DNA of 64,000 nucleotides from Flaccisagitta enflata (Eukaryota): NCBI GenBank assembly GCA_965153355.1, contig OZ231126.1, positions 806,001 to 870,000 of the forward strand, read 5' to 3'. Shown piece by piece: positions 41,026 to 59,689 of this stretch (position 1 is its first letter; each line of letters starts with the position of its first letter). The notes under the pieces were generated by a model. It saw only the letters and a program-made list of their open reading frames with translations, ran no database searches and was not told where the DNA came from. The position numbers and the translations under genes were made by a program.

Positions 41026-41988
41026 TCCCTTACACACAACACAGACACATAGTTAAAACTGAGATATTGAGGGAGCTACCCATCAACATGATGCCTCATC
41101 ATGTGAACCAGACGAAAAAAAAAGAAATAAATTTGCATTCAGTAGTGATATCAATAAAAACAGAATCTAACCAAATTCTTTGTCCGCGGTTCTCTAACCT
41201 TGGTAAGCGATGGGAAATCCACCCAACAGTCGCCCTGCCCTGACTAGCACCTATCGCTTAGCCACGGAAGATGGAGAAAAGAGGCTCACGTTCGTAAGCC
41301 TATCAAAATATCTTCATCATTTTTGGAATAATGGGACTTGGAGTGTTTTGCATAACCATGAGGAGTCAATCTTTGATTAACATTAAAAAAATGAAACGGA
41401 CAAAATTTCAGTGATTAACATCTAAACGCGCAATCATGTCCCATCAAAAATCATGATCAACTTTCTTAATGTATTCTATGACAACCGGAAAGAGTGACAG
41501 GTTATATTTTATAGCAAAATTAAATACGCTTCTATGTAATACAAGAGACTTTTCTGTGTTTCGTTACTCAGCTGCAATATGTAAATTAGCTTTTCGCAAA
41601 AATGCATGCAATCATAAGATTTCCGTTTGCGGGAAGAAACATTTTTCATTGTTAAAAGAACAAGACACGGACACACGGCTGCCCGAGTCGCGTGGGGGTT
41701 GGCAGGGGCATTGAGAAAAAGGGCTAACCATGCAGCAATGCTAAAACTGCGCGTAAACGCCATCCGACCGACCGACTAACCAACCGACGGACATTGCGGT
41801 GTGTAGAGAAGCGTAGCACGAGACGAGAAATATTGGATTCGAAAAATTTGGTCATTAGCCAACCAACCAATTGAAAGAAAAGTGGAGTAAGAATTGCGTT
41901 CACGCGGCCAAGAAGTCATCCTTAGCGGTTGGTCATGGCCTGTCCGCACGTCAAAATGATTTTAACTCAAACTATGAATCTGCATACC

Positions 41989-43800
<1,812 letters not shown>

Positions 43801-44044
43801 TCGTGGTGCAGAACACCGTCAAATTTGACATATCATTCTGTTCTATTATGAAATACGCTGTTATGCAGCGGAAATATAGCAAAAACTAAAGTCTTATGCA
43901 TGCATTATACTCCCTAAATTAAGTAAAAAAAGTTTAAATGATCAATGGTATTGATCTCGCATTGGTAAAGTCCCGGCATACTCAGTATAACAACAGATTT
44001 CTTAAAAAAAGATTACACAGAAGACATTTCAAATTGTCACTGAA

Positions 44045-44160
44045 CAAGGCCAAGTAGGCCAATAGGTGCGACGGTGTGGATCGTCGAACGAATGCGTTAC
44101 CAACCGACCAACGGACCAACCAACGGACACAGTCAGTTATAGAGGTGCTTTGTCGCACCT
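44045..44160 (-). mobile_element. HINE family D (short)
   Basis: CAAGGCC end, hairpin GGCCAAGTAGGCC, subTIR TAGGTGCGAC / GTCGCACCTA, GACC microsatellite. Confidence 0.65.
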
Positions 44161-44978
44161 AAAAACAAAATCTCTTTCTGAATGCAAAATTTTGCATTCT
44201 TAAGAGCATGGCCTGTTTCTTAAAAGTGTTTAGACTGATGCCATGTTTTTCAAAATGCAGAATTTTGCATTCAGAGACAGATTTTGTTTTTCTCGCAAGA
44301 CATATCAATGCACAAGAATCAATTTTTGTTAAAAATACATCAATTTTGCATCCTTTCTTTTCACTTTTCCTAAGTAAATTGTTTAGAAAAAAGTCGAAGA
44401 ATACCTTCAGCTTTTTGAGACCTATGGCGGAAATCGATTTTTTCTTTTTCTCATGAGTGGTTTGGGGAAGTTGATCAATTTTGGGGGCCAAATGGGACTA
44501 CGCATGAAATTAATAGCTAAGAAAGAGCTAAATCTCCTCTTTCAGATGACGCCAAGCAGAATTCTGTGAGATCAATAAATTTGGGGCTATGATTTTCTGC
44601 ATCTGTTTTTATTTTTTCGCATATTTCACATTTTTCCCAAAAATGAGGAATTAAGGTATTGAAGTCTATTTTAACTTCAAATTGTCCCAGATGATGATTA
44701 TGCATCCTGGCAGCAAAGTCTCTTACTCTTTTAGTCTTACAATCTATAAGAGGTTTTGTCCATCCTTCCGTCAGTCCACCTGTTGGTCTGTTGGTCCATC
44801 AGTCTATCCATGGTGATCAAATCAAAAGTGGAAAAACAAGCATTCTCTCTGTGTCTCTCTCTATCTGTCTCATTCTGTCTGTCTGTCCGTCTGTCTATCC
44901 GTCCATCTGTCTGTCCGTCGTCTGTCTGTCTGCCTCTCTCTCTCTCTCTCTCACTCACTCACTCACTCACTCACTCAC

Positions 44979-45018
<40 letters not shown>

Positions 45019-45564
45019 TTTCTCTCAGCATTTATGATTTTTTTCCCACGGCGATTAGCCGCCTTATTTGGTACAAAAAAAAACTTTTCCATGCAAATCA
45101 TTTATGATTATCCACTATGAATCCCTTATCTAAAAAAAATCTATGAATTCATAAGATAAAAAAAATTGTTATAAATCATTTTGACTTGCGTACTCGTTTG
45201 CACTGTGACATAACCTGTTTGTCTTTCGCCTTCATGCATTCGATAATTTTCAGCCAATCTCATTCCTCGTTTCACTTTACTTTGGAAACGTAAACGTTCT
45301 TATAAAAAAAAGTATACTCTTTTTTTTTAAGAACGTCATTTTTTGGGCAAACCTTCATTGACAATGTTCTTAAATTCTGAGCAATTTTACAGCTTGAACT
45401 TTTTTAAATAGTTTTTAACTAAAACGCACTTTTTTAACTTCCAATAAAGATCAAATCATTAAAGAACCTTCTTAATTAGTTTAAGTTTGTCATTAATGAT
45501 AAAATGAAGGAAAATGTTAATGAAACAACAAAGCAGCAGGTTTAAACATTTTAAGTGAATAATA

Positions 45565-45908
45565 CGTCCCATGAACCGCCCCAAACTTCGACGCTGACTC
45601 TCACCAATCTTACCATGGTTGAGGCTTGGTAAAAAAACATCCCATGCAAAATTTCAGGCCTCTGGAACAGCAGGAACCTTTGTCAGGATGACCATGAAGT
45701 TTCCATAGAAACCTATGGCAGAGACAAAATTTGCATAATAGAAATATTGATTTCAATGCTAATTCAATACAAACTTCAACCTCACCCTGACGAAGGTTCC
45801 TGCTATCTCAGAGGCCCAAAATTTTGCATGGAATGTTTTTTTACCAAGCCTCAACTGTGGTAAGATTGGTGAGAGCCATAGTCAAAGTTTGGGGCGCTTC
45901 ACGGGACG
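45565..45908. mobile_element. TA-flanked MITE, 344 bp
   Basis: ~125-bp imperfect TIRs CGTCCC...GGGACG, TA both sides. Confidence 0.8.
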
Positions 45909-46399
45909 TAGTGAATAAAGATCAATGAAAATAGAAAGATAAACAGTGTTTATTAAACACCATATAAAGTGAGACATGATTTGCTGAACAGAAAAGATAC
46001 AGAGTCTGTCTATTTACAAAGAACAATTGTTTAAAAAAAAACCAGAAAAAAATATTCTTTGATTTTTAAGATCTTAAGCCTTATGTTCTTTAATTCATAA
46101 AAAAATTAAGCCTTCCAATGTTCTTATCATGTTCTTAAATTCTTGACGATTTGAAGCCTAAAGTTCTTACTAACTTGGTTCTTTAAAAAAAAAAAGTGTA
46201 ACACTGAATTGTGTTTTAGTCCTTCAATTAATTCATTTGACCTTATCACGCTTTGTCCATTAATTCTTTTCACGTGCCCCAAATCCTAGCCTTCGCCAGT
46301 CGGACATGCAACAGACTTAATATCCGACGGAAGGCCCGAGGGACCTACCCACTTACACACAGACACAGACACAGACACACACACACAGACACACACACA

Positions 46400-46487
<88 letters not shown>

Positions 46488-46703
46488 TTTGACAATATGA
46501 CAGAAGTACCGAAGCAACTACAGACTACAGACACTGAGAATGGTTAATGGCCGAGCTAGCTCCCAATGCGTGACTTGTAACCAACATCTATCGAATGATC
46601 AAAATGTAAACAAGATCCAATACTTTAGTTATTTACATCACGTCATTAAGCTAAACCGCAGAGAAGTTTGTTTCCTTTAAACAAAAAAAAAGATTATCCG
46701 AAG

Positions 46704-48045
46704 ATGAAGTTTCACGCATTTCTCATGATGGGATTCTGTTTTTGGACTTGGAGGTAAGTCGACACAACTTCATTTCTTTTCAGCCGGTTGAGAAGTACAT
46801 TACTGATGGCTTACCGGCTTACGGTTTTCAAAGCATATCGTAGTGTCGAAAACCGTGTAAAGTGATATTGTAGTGCAAAGCATTCTATGCATTGTGCTAT
46901 TGACTGTCTCCGGATTATCCTTACGCAGAATGACGGATGCGAGAGCGATTGACCAACCATCCAGCGGCAATCAGAAATTGAACGTGGACGAACAAAGTTT
47001 TGCAAGTTGGTTTTACACTTTAAGTATTTGATTTTCTTGGTCACTTCCACAAGATAACGATAATGTTGTCTTAATTTCCACGGTAATTGTAACCATATCA
47101 TAAACAACATTGGATTATTTTTCTCATGCTGACAGACCGACTGCGCATCGGGAACGCGAGAATGTTTGACCGTGGAGAAAATGAAGTAGCAGGCAAGGAA
47201 CAATCATTTTATTACACATTCTTAGTGCCAATATCGCTAAGTCAGAGTTAAATTAGGCCGGATACACGGCTACCCTAGTCGCGTGCGGGTGGGCAGAAGC
47301 AGTGATGCAAAAACTGCTTGAAATTTTTTAATGTGACTGACCGACCGACATACCGACCTACCGACCGACTAAAAAAATTTGGACCAATTCACCTTCAAAA
47401 GGTGCAATTTGAGACATGGTTAATGTAGTGGGGGCACACAAAAACAGCTATGCGACCTATCGAATGAGCGACCGATCAACCGACCACTCAACAAGGCCGG
47501 ATACACGGCTACCCCAGTCGCGTGTGGGTGGGCAGGGACAGTATTTGAGTTACTGTGCAGCATTTAGGCAGGAGCAGTGAAGCCAAGGACCGCAAACACA
47601 AAAAAGTAAAATGGGGACCGCCCGACCGACCAACGGACAGACAAAGCGGGGTGTAGAGTCGCGCAGCACGCGACAAAAAATTGGGTTATAGAGTTGCATG
47701 CACGTGATTTGTAAATGATCTCCTCTTGCAGATCATCAGCAAAAAGAGGTCGCCAGAATCTTGTCGGAATTTGAAGAAAACCAAAAGGCGGATCCACGAT
47801 TTCCTTCAAATCTGAGCGGAAAACGACTGAATTATCCGGACGTTTCAGACGCGGTGTTGGACGAATTATGTGACCGAATTTTTACTCACAACGTTGCAGG
47901 CGACCACTACGATTTATGCGCCAAAGGAATTAGCGGGGACGTTTATAATGGCTGGTGTTGTTGCGCTCAGGCGAAGCTAACTGACTTTGTAACCGGAAAA
48001 TATTTTCTCCGCTGGTGTTTCAATTTGTATAAATCCGGCTTATAG
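46704..48045 (+). CDS. Secreted cysteine-rich prepropeptide (~165 aa); exons 46704-46753, 46929-47005, 47136-47192, 47732-48045
   Basis: Phase-consistent splicing (2,1,1); signal peptide MKFHAFLMMGFCFWTWRMTDA; GKR then 6-Cys domain; exon 3 needs a GC donor but is symmetric and skippable. Confidence 0.65.
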
Positions 48046-48594
48046 AGTAAAAGGAATGACTGATGTTTTGACATTGAATAACAAGTGATCAATATGTTTA
48101 ACATTATTGTCTTCCATATGTTGAGATCGTCTCATAAAATGCTGTGCCTTCCACATATTCCAAGTTATTAAAAAAAGAAAAAAAGAACAATTTTGGATTT
48201 TGTGAAATATATAAATGAAGAAGCAATACCTGATCACCAAACAAACTTGTCATGTGGGTGGTGGGGGCAGGGGCATAAAACATAGATCATGTGGGACTAT
48301 GGGTGTGCAGGGACAGAAAACCAGTGGCTGTCGCCAAACATGTGAATTGCAGGTAAAATTTATTTTCTTTTTAGAAAGTTGGGGAACTCATCTGGCTGAT
48401 TGCGGCCTCTGATGAAATTAACAGGGTTAGTAGATTGAAAAATTTTCTTTCAATTGGCGCCAAGCAAAATGCTCTCTAAGATAAATATTTTTCGCATTAT
48501 GAGTTTTTAAAGATTCATTTATGAAAAATTTAAATTGAATTTTTTTCAATTTTTTTGATTTTAGGTAAGATCAATAAAGGAGTGTATTTTTTTT

Positions 48595-48985
48595 GTCTGA
48601 GCATGCAAATACAAGAAAATATTTTTATGAGCATGGTTCCTCATCTGTGAGGGTGTTTTTGAAAATTTTAGCTCATTTAGCTCAATTTTTTTTTCTGATT
48701 ATAAATGCAATTAATGAATAAATATTTTGATATATGTCTAAGCAAGCAAATATAAGAAAGCATGTCAGTGAGCAGAGCTGCTCATCTGTGAGGATGTTTT
48801 TAAGTATTCGAGCTTATTTTGCTCATTTAGCTCATCAAAGTCAATCTTTTTTTAATATTTTATATAAGATGAATAAAAGTTTTAATCAAGCATGCAAACA
48901 CAAGAAAGCATTTTAGTGAACATAGTTGGATATCTGGTTGAATGATTTTGAGTGTATTATAGCTCATCTAGCTCATTTGACTCAG
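48595..48985 (+). repeat. Degenerate ~140-bp tandem repeat, ~3 units
   Basis: Recurring AGCATGCAAA..AAGAAA..CTCATCTGTGAGG..GCTCATTTAGCTC. Confidence 0.6.
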
Positions 48986-50156
48986 TTCTATTTTTCTTTG
49001 ATTTTCAGTGCAATCAATTTATATAATTGCTCTTGATTTGATCTGATAAAAAAAAAAACAAAAAAAAAACAGGTACTGAAAATAAAAGCTTGGTGAAAAA
49101 TGACTAATGCTACAACTTTTTTTCCTCATGGCAATAGCCACCATTACTGGTATAAAGTTAGAAAAACAAGGACAGAAAAAAAAAATAAAAAACTAAAAAA
49201 AAAAAAAAAAAAAGGAAAAAAACACAGGTTCAAGTTATAGTGATTTGCTTAACGCAATTCACAAATACACAAAAAGCGCTTGTTGAACAACAGACGGCAA
49301 GACCTAAAGATTGACGGATTGGTCGCAACGAGCCCACGAAGGAGATTCCTAGGGCTGTTGGCAGGGGCGTCCTAAGGAGTGAGGGGGCTCAAGGCCTAAT
49401 TTGGCTCTATTCCACTAGGGGAAGATTTAAGGGGTTGTCGCATTGAACGTATTATCTAGATATCATCAAGATATTCCCTATGTAAAATCTCGATAATGTT
49501 TCCAATGCGACAACCCTTGGTATCTGGCTATCAAGGGGGCTAGCAATAATTTCTTATTTCAACCTCGGAGCACTAAAAAAAAACTAATCAATACAACCTG
49601 GCCTAACTGAGATTACAATCATTGCCGGTACATTACAATGAAGACGTTTCACATCCATATGTCCCACATCCATATTCAACAACAATATGAAGTATCATTT
49701 CATTTGGAGTTAACAAAAAAAAAACAACTATGACGGTATTTCAAAGGGTCAAATCCGGGTGAAATGCTTTGTGTCCTGATTCGCCAGGGACTCAATGAGT
49801 CGAAGTCGATCCATCCATCAGTCCGCTTGGTCAGGCAAAACGCGACGAGGAGAATCGTTTCATCTTCCCCGCTTTCTTGGCTATATAATCATCAATATCG
49901 CATTAACATCTAGAAAAGTCCTCATTTGGCTCCGGATTCATAAATGGGCTTAACATAGCTGAGGCGCTAAAAGTGTTAAACGAGTAAGCCTGAGCCTCAT
50001 CGCAGACTCGTAAATCGATAAATAACTCAATCCTTCAGAGCGTCCGACGGTGCCTTGGTTTGTTTTTAGCTTTTGTGTCCATGATTGCAGAAACGTGTGT
50101 TTCCGCCCCTGCCCACCCCTCCACGACTGATTTTGAGCTCCGGGGTACTGGTTTAC

Positions 50157-50397
<241 letters not shown>

Positions 50398-50462
50398 TAA
50401 GTAACGAACACAATCAGAGTACCATACAAACACAAACAAACACAAACACACACAAACACACA

Positions 50463-50605
<143 letters not shown>

Positions 50606-50831
50606 TCAAATGAAGTCACTGGGGCATCGCGAATTATGCCGTAAAAGCTGATCATGATATAACGCCTACGCGGCCTGTTCCAAATTGCTTGATCCAACTT
50701 GGCAACCTTGCCAACCTTGCGTCGGTGTGACACATTCAAACATAATATCCCTGACTTGTCTTCTTGTTGTCCCTTTCGTAATACAATAAAGGCGACTAAT
50801 CGCCGTAGGAAAAAAGTCGTAAATGCTGAGA

Positions 50832-53290
<2,459 letters not shown>

Positions 53291-54890
53291 AACAGACAGA
53301 CAGACAGACAGAGGGGGAGAGAGAGACAGAGGGGGAGAGAGAGACAGAGAGAGAAACAGAGAAAAACATGTAACACGGGGTTACAATATTGTTGCGGACA
53401 GGGGCATCCAACCCTCATCCACACCCCAACCCCCACACACAAGCATCTCGACTGCTTGTTTTTCCACTTTTCAACTCGGACAGACAGACGGACTAACAGA
53501 CCAATCGATGGACTGACAGACAAAGCCTCTCATAGAGTCTGTAGTTGAAATGAGAGAAAGACTGCCAGGATGCACAATTACCACCATTCAAGTAGACTTC
53601 AACTAACTCAATTCCTCGTTTTTCGGGAAAATGCAAAAAAAGCGGAAAAATAAAAAAAAAACTAAAAAAATCATAGCTCCAAAACTATTGGTCGCAGAGA
53701 ATTCTGCTTGGCGTCATCTGAAAGAGGTGAATTAGCTCTTTCTTAGCTATCAATTTCATGCGTAGTACCATTCGGGCCCAAAAGGTTATCAACTTCCCCA
53801 AACGCCCCATGTAAAAAAGGGAAAACAACTTTTCTTCGCGGAAATCAAAAAGTCTTCGAATCTTCGAATCTCGACTTTTTTCCAAATAAGCAATACCGCT
53901 CGCCGTGACACGAGTCGACTCCTTTAGCGTCATCTGGATGTGTAAACTTGCACTCTTTTAGTGCTCCGTCTTTGATCGCCAACAACAATCCGACGAGTAA
54001 AAGATATTTGTTTATTTTCGTCGTGAAGTTTTGTATGTGTGAATTGTATCAATTTATGCCGGCAATATTCACTTATATATTTACAAAAGGCGTATATCGG
54101 ATTAGATGATAAAAACTAGTAAATGGATACAGCGTGAACGAAGCTCATAGGAACAGAGAGAGAGAGGAAGGTCAGAAATTATCGCTTATTTATTAATTAA
54201 GGAATATCGCTAAAATATCGCTAAGTAGTAGTGTTTTATATTGATGAAATATAAAAACAACAAAGGTAAAAAACCTCGCAGATTACCAGGTTAAAGAAAT
54301 TGCGACACAGGCAAGAAATCGCCTGATACAGATCGTCGGTTTATGCACAATTTGAATTTGAAATAATTTGAATAATTTGAAAAATTTGAATAATTTGAAT
54401 GATTTGAAATAATTTGAATTTGAAATAATATCAATTTACCACAGCATGAAGTAATCAAAAACAATAAATAAGCAGCGTCAATGAGTAATGAGCAGAGGCG
54501 GATCAATCCATGCTGGCTTGTCACGGGCAGCAAAGATACTGATGGACATGAGCAACGCAGCCTTAGAACCATTTTTAGTTGCGGACATGCGACTCTATGA
54601 GCCACTTTTTGGTCGGTCGGTCTGTCGGTCAGTCCGTCGGTCGGTCCGTCGGTCGGTCCGTCGGTTGGTCCATCACAGAATTGTTTTTCGAGGTTTTATG
54701 CTCCTGCCCACCCGTCCGCGACTAATGCTGCCGTGTATACGGCCTTGTTTATCAATAAGTTAGTGGCAATTTTAGCATCACGACAACATTTGTAGGCTAA
54801 CACTTTTAGGCGGGCGCGATTTGGGGCCGTTACTTGGCCACAGGCTGATATTTCGACAAAAAAGTTAAAAACTTTGTCATCTTCACTCTC

Positions 54891-54931
<41 letters not shown>

Positions 54932-55433
54932 CTTTTTTCTTTTTTTTTCTTTTCCTTTTTTTCTTTTTTTTTTCTTCCTTTCTCTTTCTTTTCTCCTTCT
55001 TTGGTGTCCCGACAACTTTGGTGTCCCGACAGCAGGTACTGCAATTGAAGTCCCTGAAGTCCCGCCTCCTACGCTGCTGCCTTGTTATAGTGAAGTTGTA
55101 TGAAAAGCTGACATATTGAAACGGTCATTCTTCTAATTAACCATCAGTGACTCCTGTTGCTGCTTCGAAAAATTGGTTGCTAGATTGACTTATTATCTTC
55201 GAGCATCGAATTCTTGCGAAGAAGCGTCGCGTCTTTTCTTCTTTTTCATTTTTATTTTTTTTACTCCGAAACCGCTGATGTTGAAAGGCGGCGGCCCACG
55301 GAAACTCATAGAGGAGGGAAAGACCTCTTTGAGGTTCTTTGCGTTTTCAGGTATGATCAATATTTCTTGAGTTCCCGGCGTTCGCAAAAATACGAGGAAA
55401 ATTTCGAAATAGGTTTTATTTGTAAAACATCGA

Positions 55434-55539
<106 letters not shown>

Positions 55540-55954
55540 TGTTTGTGTGTGTATGTGTGTGTATGTGTGTGTATGTGTGTGTATGTGTGTGTGTCTCTTT
55601 TGCTTTTTAATCGATCTATCCCTCCTTTCAATTCTCTCTCTGCATCGGCGCAGCGAAGCTGTTGACGTACGCACGGAACCAGAATCAATGTTGACATCGA
55701 AACACGAGTTCAGCCTCACTGACGATACACCTGTGGAGAATGCGATTGTACCATGGGACCTGTGCCGCTCAATCTCGACATCAACCTCTAGTCCAACAAG
55801 TCCCACAAGTCCCACACTCCGTCCCTGAGTCGTAGGAAGACTGCTGTACAGAAACGCAAAACTCACTCAGTTTCCATCCTGCAAAATGAACTGCTCAGTT
55901 AAAAGGTTACTTTTACTCAGGGATACAAAAATTGTAAAACGAAGGACGACGACG

Positions 55955-55985
<31 letters not shown>

Positions 55986-56038
55986 CCACCACCACCACCA
56001 CCACCACCACCACCACCACCACCACCACCACCACCACC

Positions 56039-56102
<64 letters not shown>

Positions 56103-56202
56103 CCAACAACAACAACAACAACCAACAACAACAACAACAACCAACAACAATAAAAGCAATCATGAATATTAACTACCATGTTTCCAACCCAATGCTTTTC
56201 AG

Positions 56203-56964
56203 AAACTCGTCTGCGAAATGTTGATCGACTGCTTGCGAATCTCCGAGTTAAAAACGATATGGAAGAAACAACTTTCCTTAAAGCTACACTTGGGTGCTTC
56301 ATAAAGCAAAAGTTTGGAGTATCCCTTCACTCTACTTAAGTAATGCGGAGAAACAAAAATCATGAAGATTACCATTTTTTTTTCAAAATTCCTTTATCTT
56401 CTGTTTTTGTTTTGGCCCTAAAGTTCTCACAGATTTCTTAGAATTCAGCAAAATCCTATATAGTTTTATTAAAAAAAAAAAACAATTATTTGTTTTTAAA
56501 AATCATGTTTGTAAAAATAAACTAAAATATCAGAACATAAGCTATGGAAGATCTATTGAAAAAGCAGGTTAACAATTCTATAAACAGTAGAAATTTGTAA
56601 AACCTAATTCAAAGAATATCAGCATATTGTTTTATGCCACTGCATTATGCAAATTAGGTCTTTAAAAACATTTTTCTAAAAAAAAGAAGATGAACCATTT
56701 TTGATAAAAGAAAAATAGAAAGGGTTTTAAAATTAGCTACTTCATATTTGGTAAAGAGGGTCAAAAGAAATAACCAACTTTTGCTATGTGAAGCACCCAA
56801 ATGCTTTCCCGGGCATCAATCAGTATTTCAGGAGGAAGCAATTGCAGCCTACTCACCAATTTTTGAGTCAAGCGAACAGGACTCAGGAGGAAGACGAGGA
56901 GGAAGTTGATTGGGGGAACGCGGCAGCACACGTGTCTGACCAAAACGATGAAGATGCAGAATAG
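56203..56964 (+). pseudogene. Candidate terminal exon split by a MITE
   Basis: TTTTCAG acceptor; removing 56287-56803 plus one TSD gives an unbroken ~80-codon frame ending in TAG. Confidence 0.45.
56287..56803. mobile_element. CMC/CACTA-like MITE, same family as 19153-19673
   Basis: TIR CACTTGGGTGCTTCA; flanks CTA/CTT; colinear with the 19-kb copy. Confidence 0.75.
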
Positions 56965-57037
56965 AATGAAAACCATACCACCACCAACGAGGAAAACAAC
57001 AACAAAAACTAAAACAGATCCCTCTTTTCATGAACGA

Positions 57038-57107
<70 letters not shown>

Positions 57108-57893
57108 CTTTCATTCTTGTAATGCCAAACTTGACGCTCATATTTACGGAATTTCAGTCAGTAACACTTTTGCCGATATATTTGTTGCCAACGATGTGGA
57201 ACACTGTCACTGGCAACATTATCACGCCGGAAATGGAAACCGGCGTCAAAAAAGAGGAAACGTGAAATTCGTCATTTGCTATTTTTTGTCAATATTGGGC
57301 TTTTTTTTTTCGTTTTTTTTTTTTTTTTTTCTGTATTAAAAATTGGTTTCTTCTTCGTGGATGTTTAATTTTAGAATGTTGATTTTATGAATCTTTGCTA
57401 ATTCTTTGTCCTTATTGAATCATTGATCTAAACTGAGGCTAAGCCATATCATAACCAGCTTAACAAGATCGTTAGACCTATAAGTGGCGTGCGTCGACAA
57501 TTTCAAAAGAAGTTAGGCAGACAGACAGACAAACATTCTTTTTCAAAAAGAGAGTTGAGATGGCTGTTTACTATTTAAGTACCTTCAGACTGAAAAAAAA
57601 AACGAGATAGAAAGCCTTGAAAACGACTTTGTGACAGATGGACAGACAAACAGACAGAATGATGGACCAACCAAAAGTGACTTAAGTTGCGTAGCACGCG
57701 ACTAAAAAGGTTAGGTTGTGACTTTGCTGCGTCGTTAGGTTGCTGAGGCCGTCATTAAGTTGCTGAGGCTAAAATTTGGTTGCTGAGGTGGCGATCAGGT
57801 CACGGAGGTCGCAAGTATGTCCCTTAGGTCACTGAAACCGCAATTGGGTCACTGAGACCGTGATTGGGTCACTTAGGCGTTGATAAGGTCAAT

Positions 57894-58760
57894 GAGGCCG
57901 GGATTAGGTCGCTGAGGCCGGGATTAGGTCGCTGAGGCTGGGATTAGGTCGCTGAGGCCGGGATTAGGTCGTTGAGGCCGGGATTAGGTCGTTGAGGCCA
58001 GGATTAGGTTGTTGAGGCCATGACTAGGTGGTTGAGGCCAGAATTAGGTCGCTGGGGCCAAGATTAGGTCGCTGAGGCCGGGATTAGTTCGCTGAAGCCG
58101 GGTTTATGTCGCTGAAGCCGAGATTGGGTCGCTGAAGCCGGGATTAGGTCGCTGAAGCCAAGATTAGGTCGCTGAGGCCGGGATTAGGTCGCTGAGGCCG
58201 GGATTAGGTCGCTGAGGCCGGGATTAGGTCGCTGAGGCCGGGATTAGGTCGCTGAGGCCGGGATTAGGTCGCTGAGGCCGGGATTAGGTCGCTGAGGCCG
58301 GGATTAGGTCGCTGAGGCCGGGATTAGGTCGCTGAGGCCGGGATTAGGTTGCTTAGGCCGGGATTATGTCGCTTAGGCCGGGATTAGGTCGCTGAGGCCG
58401 GGATTAGGTCGCTGAGGCCGGGATTAGGTCGCTGAGGCCGGGATTAGGTCGCTGAGGCCGGGATTAGGTCGCTGAGGCCGGGATTAGGTCGCTGAGGCCG
58501 GGATTAGGTCGCTGAGGCCGGGATTAGGTCGCTGAGGCCGGGATCAGGTTGCTGAGGCCGGGATTAGGTCGCTGAGGCCGGGATTAGGTCGCTGAGGCCG
58601 GGATTAGGTCGCTGTGGCCTGGATTAGGTCGCTGAGGCCGGGATTAGGTCGCTGAGGCCGGGATTAGGTCGCTGAGGCCGGGATTAGGTCGCTGAGGCCG
58701 TGATAAGGTCGCTGAGGCCGGGATAAGGTCGCTGAGGCCGGGATTAGGTCGCTGAGGCTG
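57894..58760 (+). repeat. 20-bp minisatellite (GAGGCCGGGATTAGGTCGCT)n, ~43 units; degenerate units from ~57735
   Basis: Tandem units, 2 substitutions from the 9771 array consensus. Confidence 0.95.
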
Positions 58761-59615
58761 ACCATTATAAAAAGAAAAGGAATCATAAAATTATGTCAAG
58801 TTTTTTATTTTCAATGAAATAATGAAGCTTTTTAATGTTTAGCTTGTTCTTAAAGATTTAAAGTTTTTAAGATCTAAAATTAAAAGATTTTAAGCCGAAT
58901 GTTCTTGAATTTTTGAAGAAATGAAGGCTTCCAGTGTTCTTAGCATGTTCTTAAATTTTTGACGATCTTAAGCCTAACGTTCTTATAAACTTGGTTCTTA
59001 TAAAAAGAAACAAGTGTATCACGCGCCTGGCCAAAACGCCTAACATGTGGCTGAAACGCATCACCCACGGTTGTGATAAAAAAAGTTTGAATTTTATATT
59101 TTTGACGCTGTGAGAAAAAATATTCAATGAGATTGCGGTCAAAATGATTATATTATATAATATATATATAATATGTATATTATATAATAAATAATGTAAT
59201 ACAATGTATATATTTTATTTCATAATATATAATATATATATGATTATTAGGCGATCGTCGTACATCATACTCAGGATTTGTAAAGGGGTTGGATGGTCAT
59301 TCATGCAAAATTTCAGAAAATTTAATGGAATATCTTTAAAGCTTTACTAGTTTGAAATTCTTATGCAGGTAGACCGGTTGGGGTGGTTTGACTTCTAAAA
59401 ATCTCCTGAGACTTTACAGCGTAATAGACAAGGTCAAGATATGTTACCATACAAAAAATCAAGTCAATCGGTCAGTTCTCCTCTGAGTAGTCGCCTTTCA
59501 AAGTTTTGATAAGAAAAGTGACGATGACTTCAATTCGCGGTTTTGCGAATTCGATCAGTGCGCAGAACTGCTCATTAAGAATTTAATAGCTTTCGTTTCC
59601 TGAACCTGGCAGATT

Positions 59616-59689
59616 GGCGACATGGCTTATTGGATAAGTTGTTAGACTTGAAACTCTGGGTTATGGTTTCGAACCCTGGTCGTTCTCCA
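59616..59689 (+). ncRNA. tRNA-derived segment, second copy
   Basis: TGGCTTATTGG A-box-like, GTTTCGAACC B-box-like, same flanking context as 10971-11043. Confidence 0.45.

Noticed and set aside
57894-58760. CRISPR or TTAGG telomeric array
   Set aside because: No spacers; TTAGG occurs once per 20-bp unit, not tandemly
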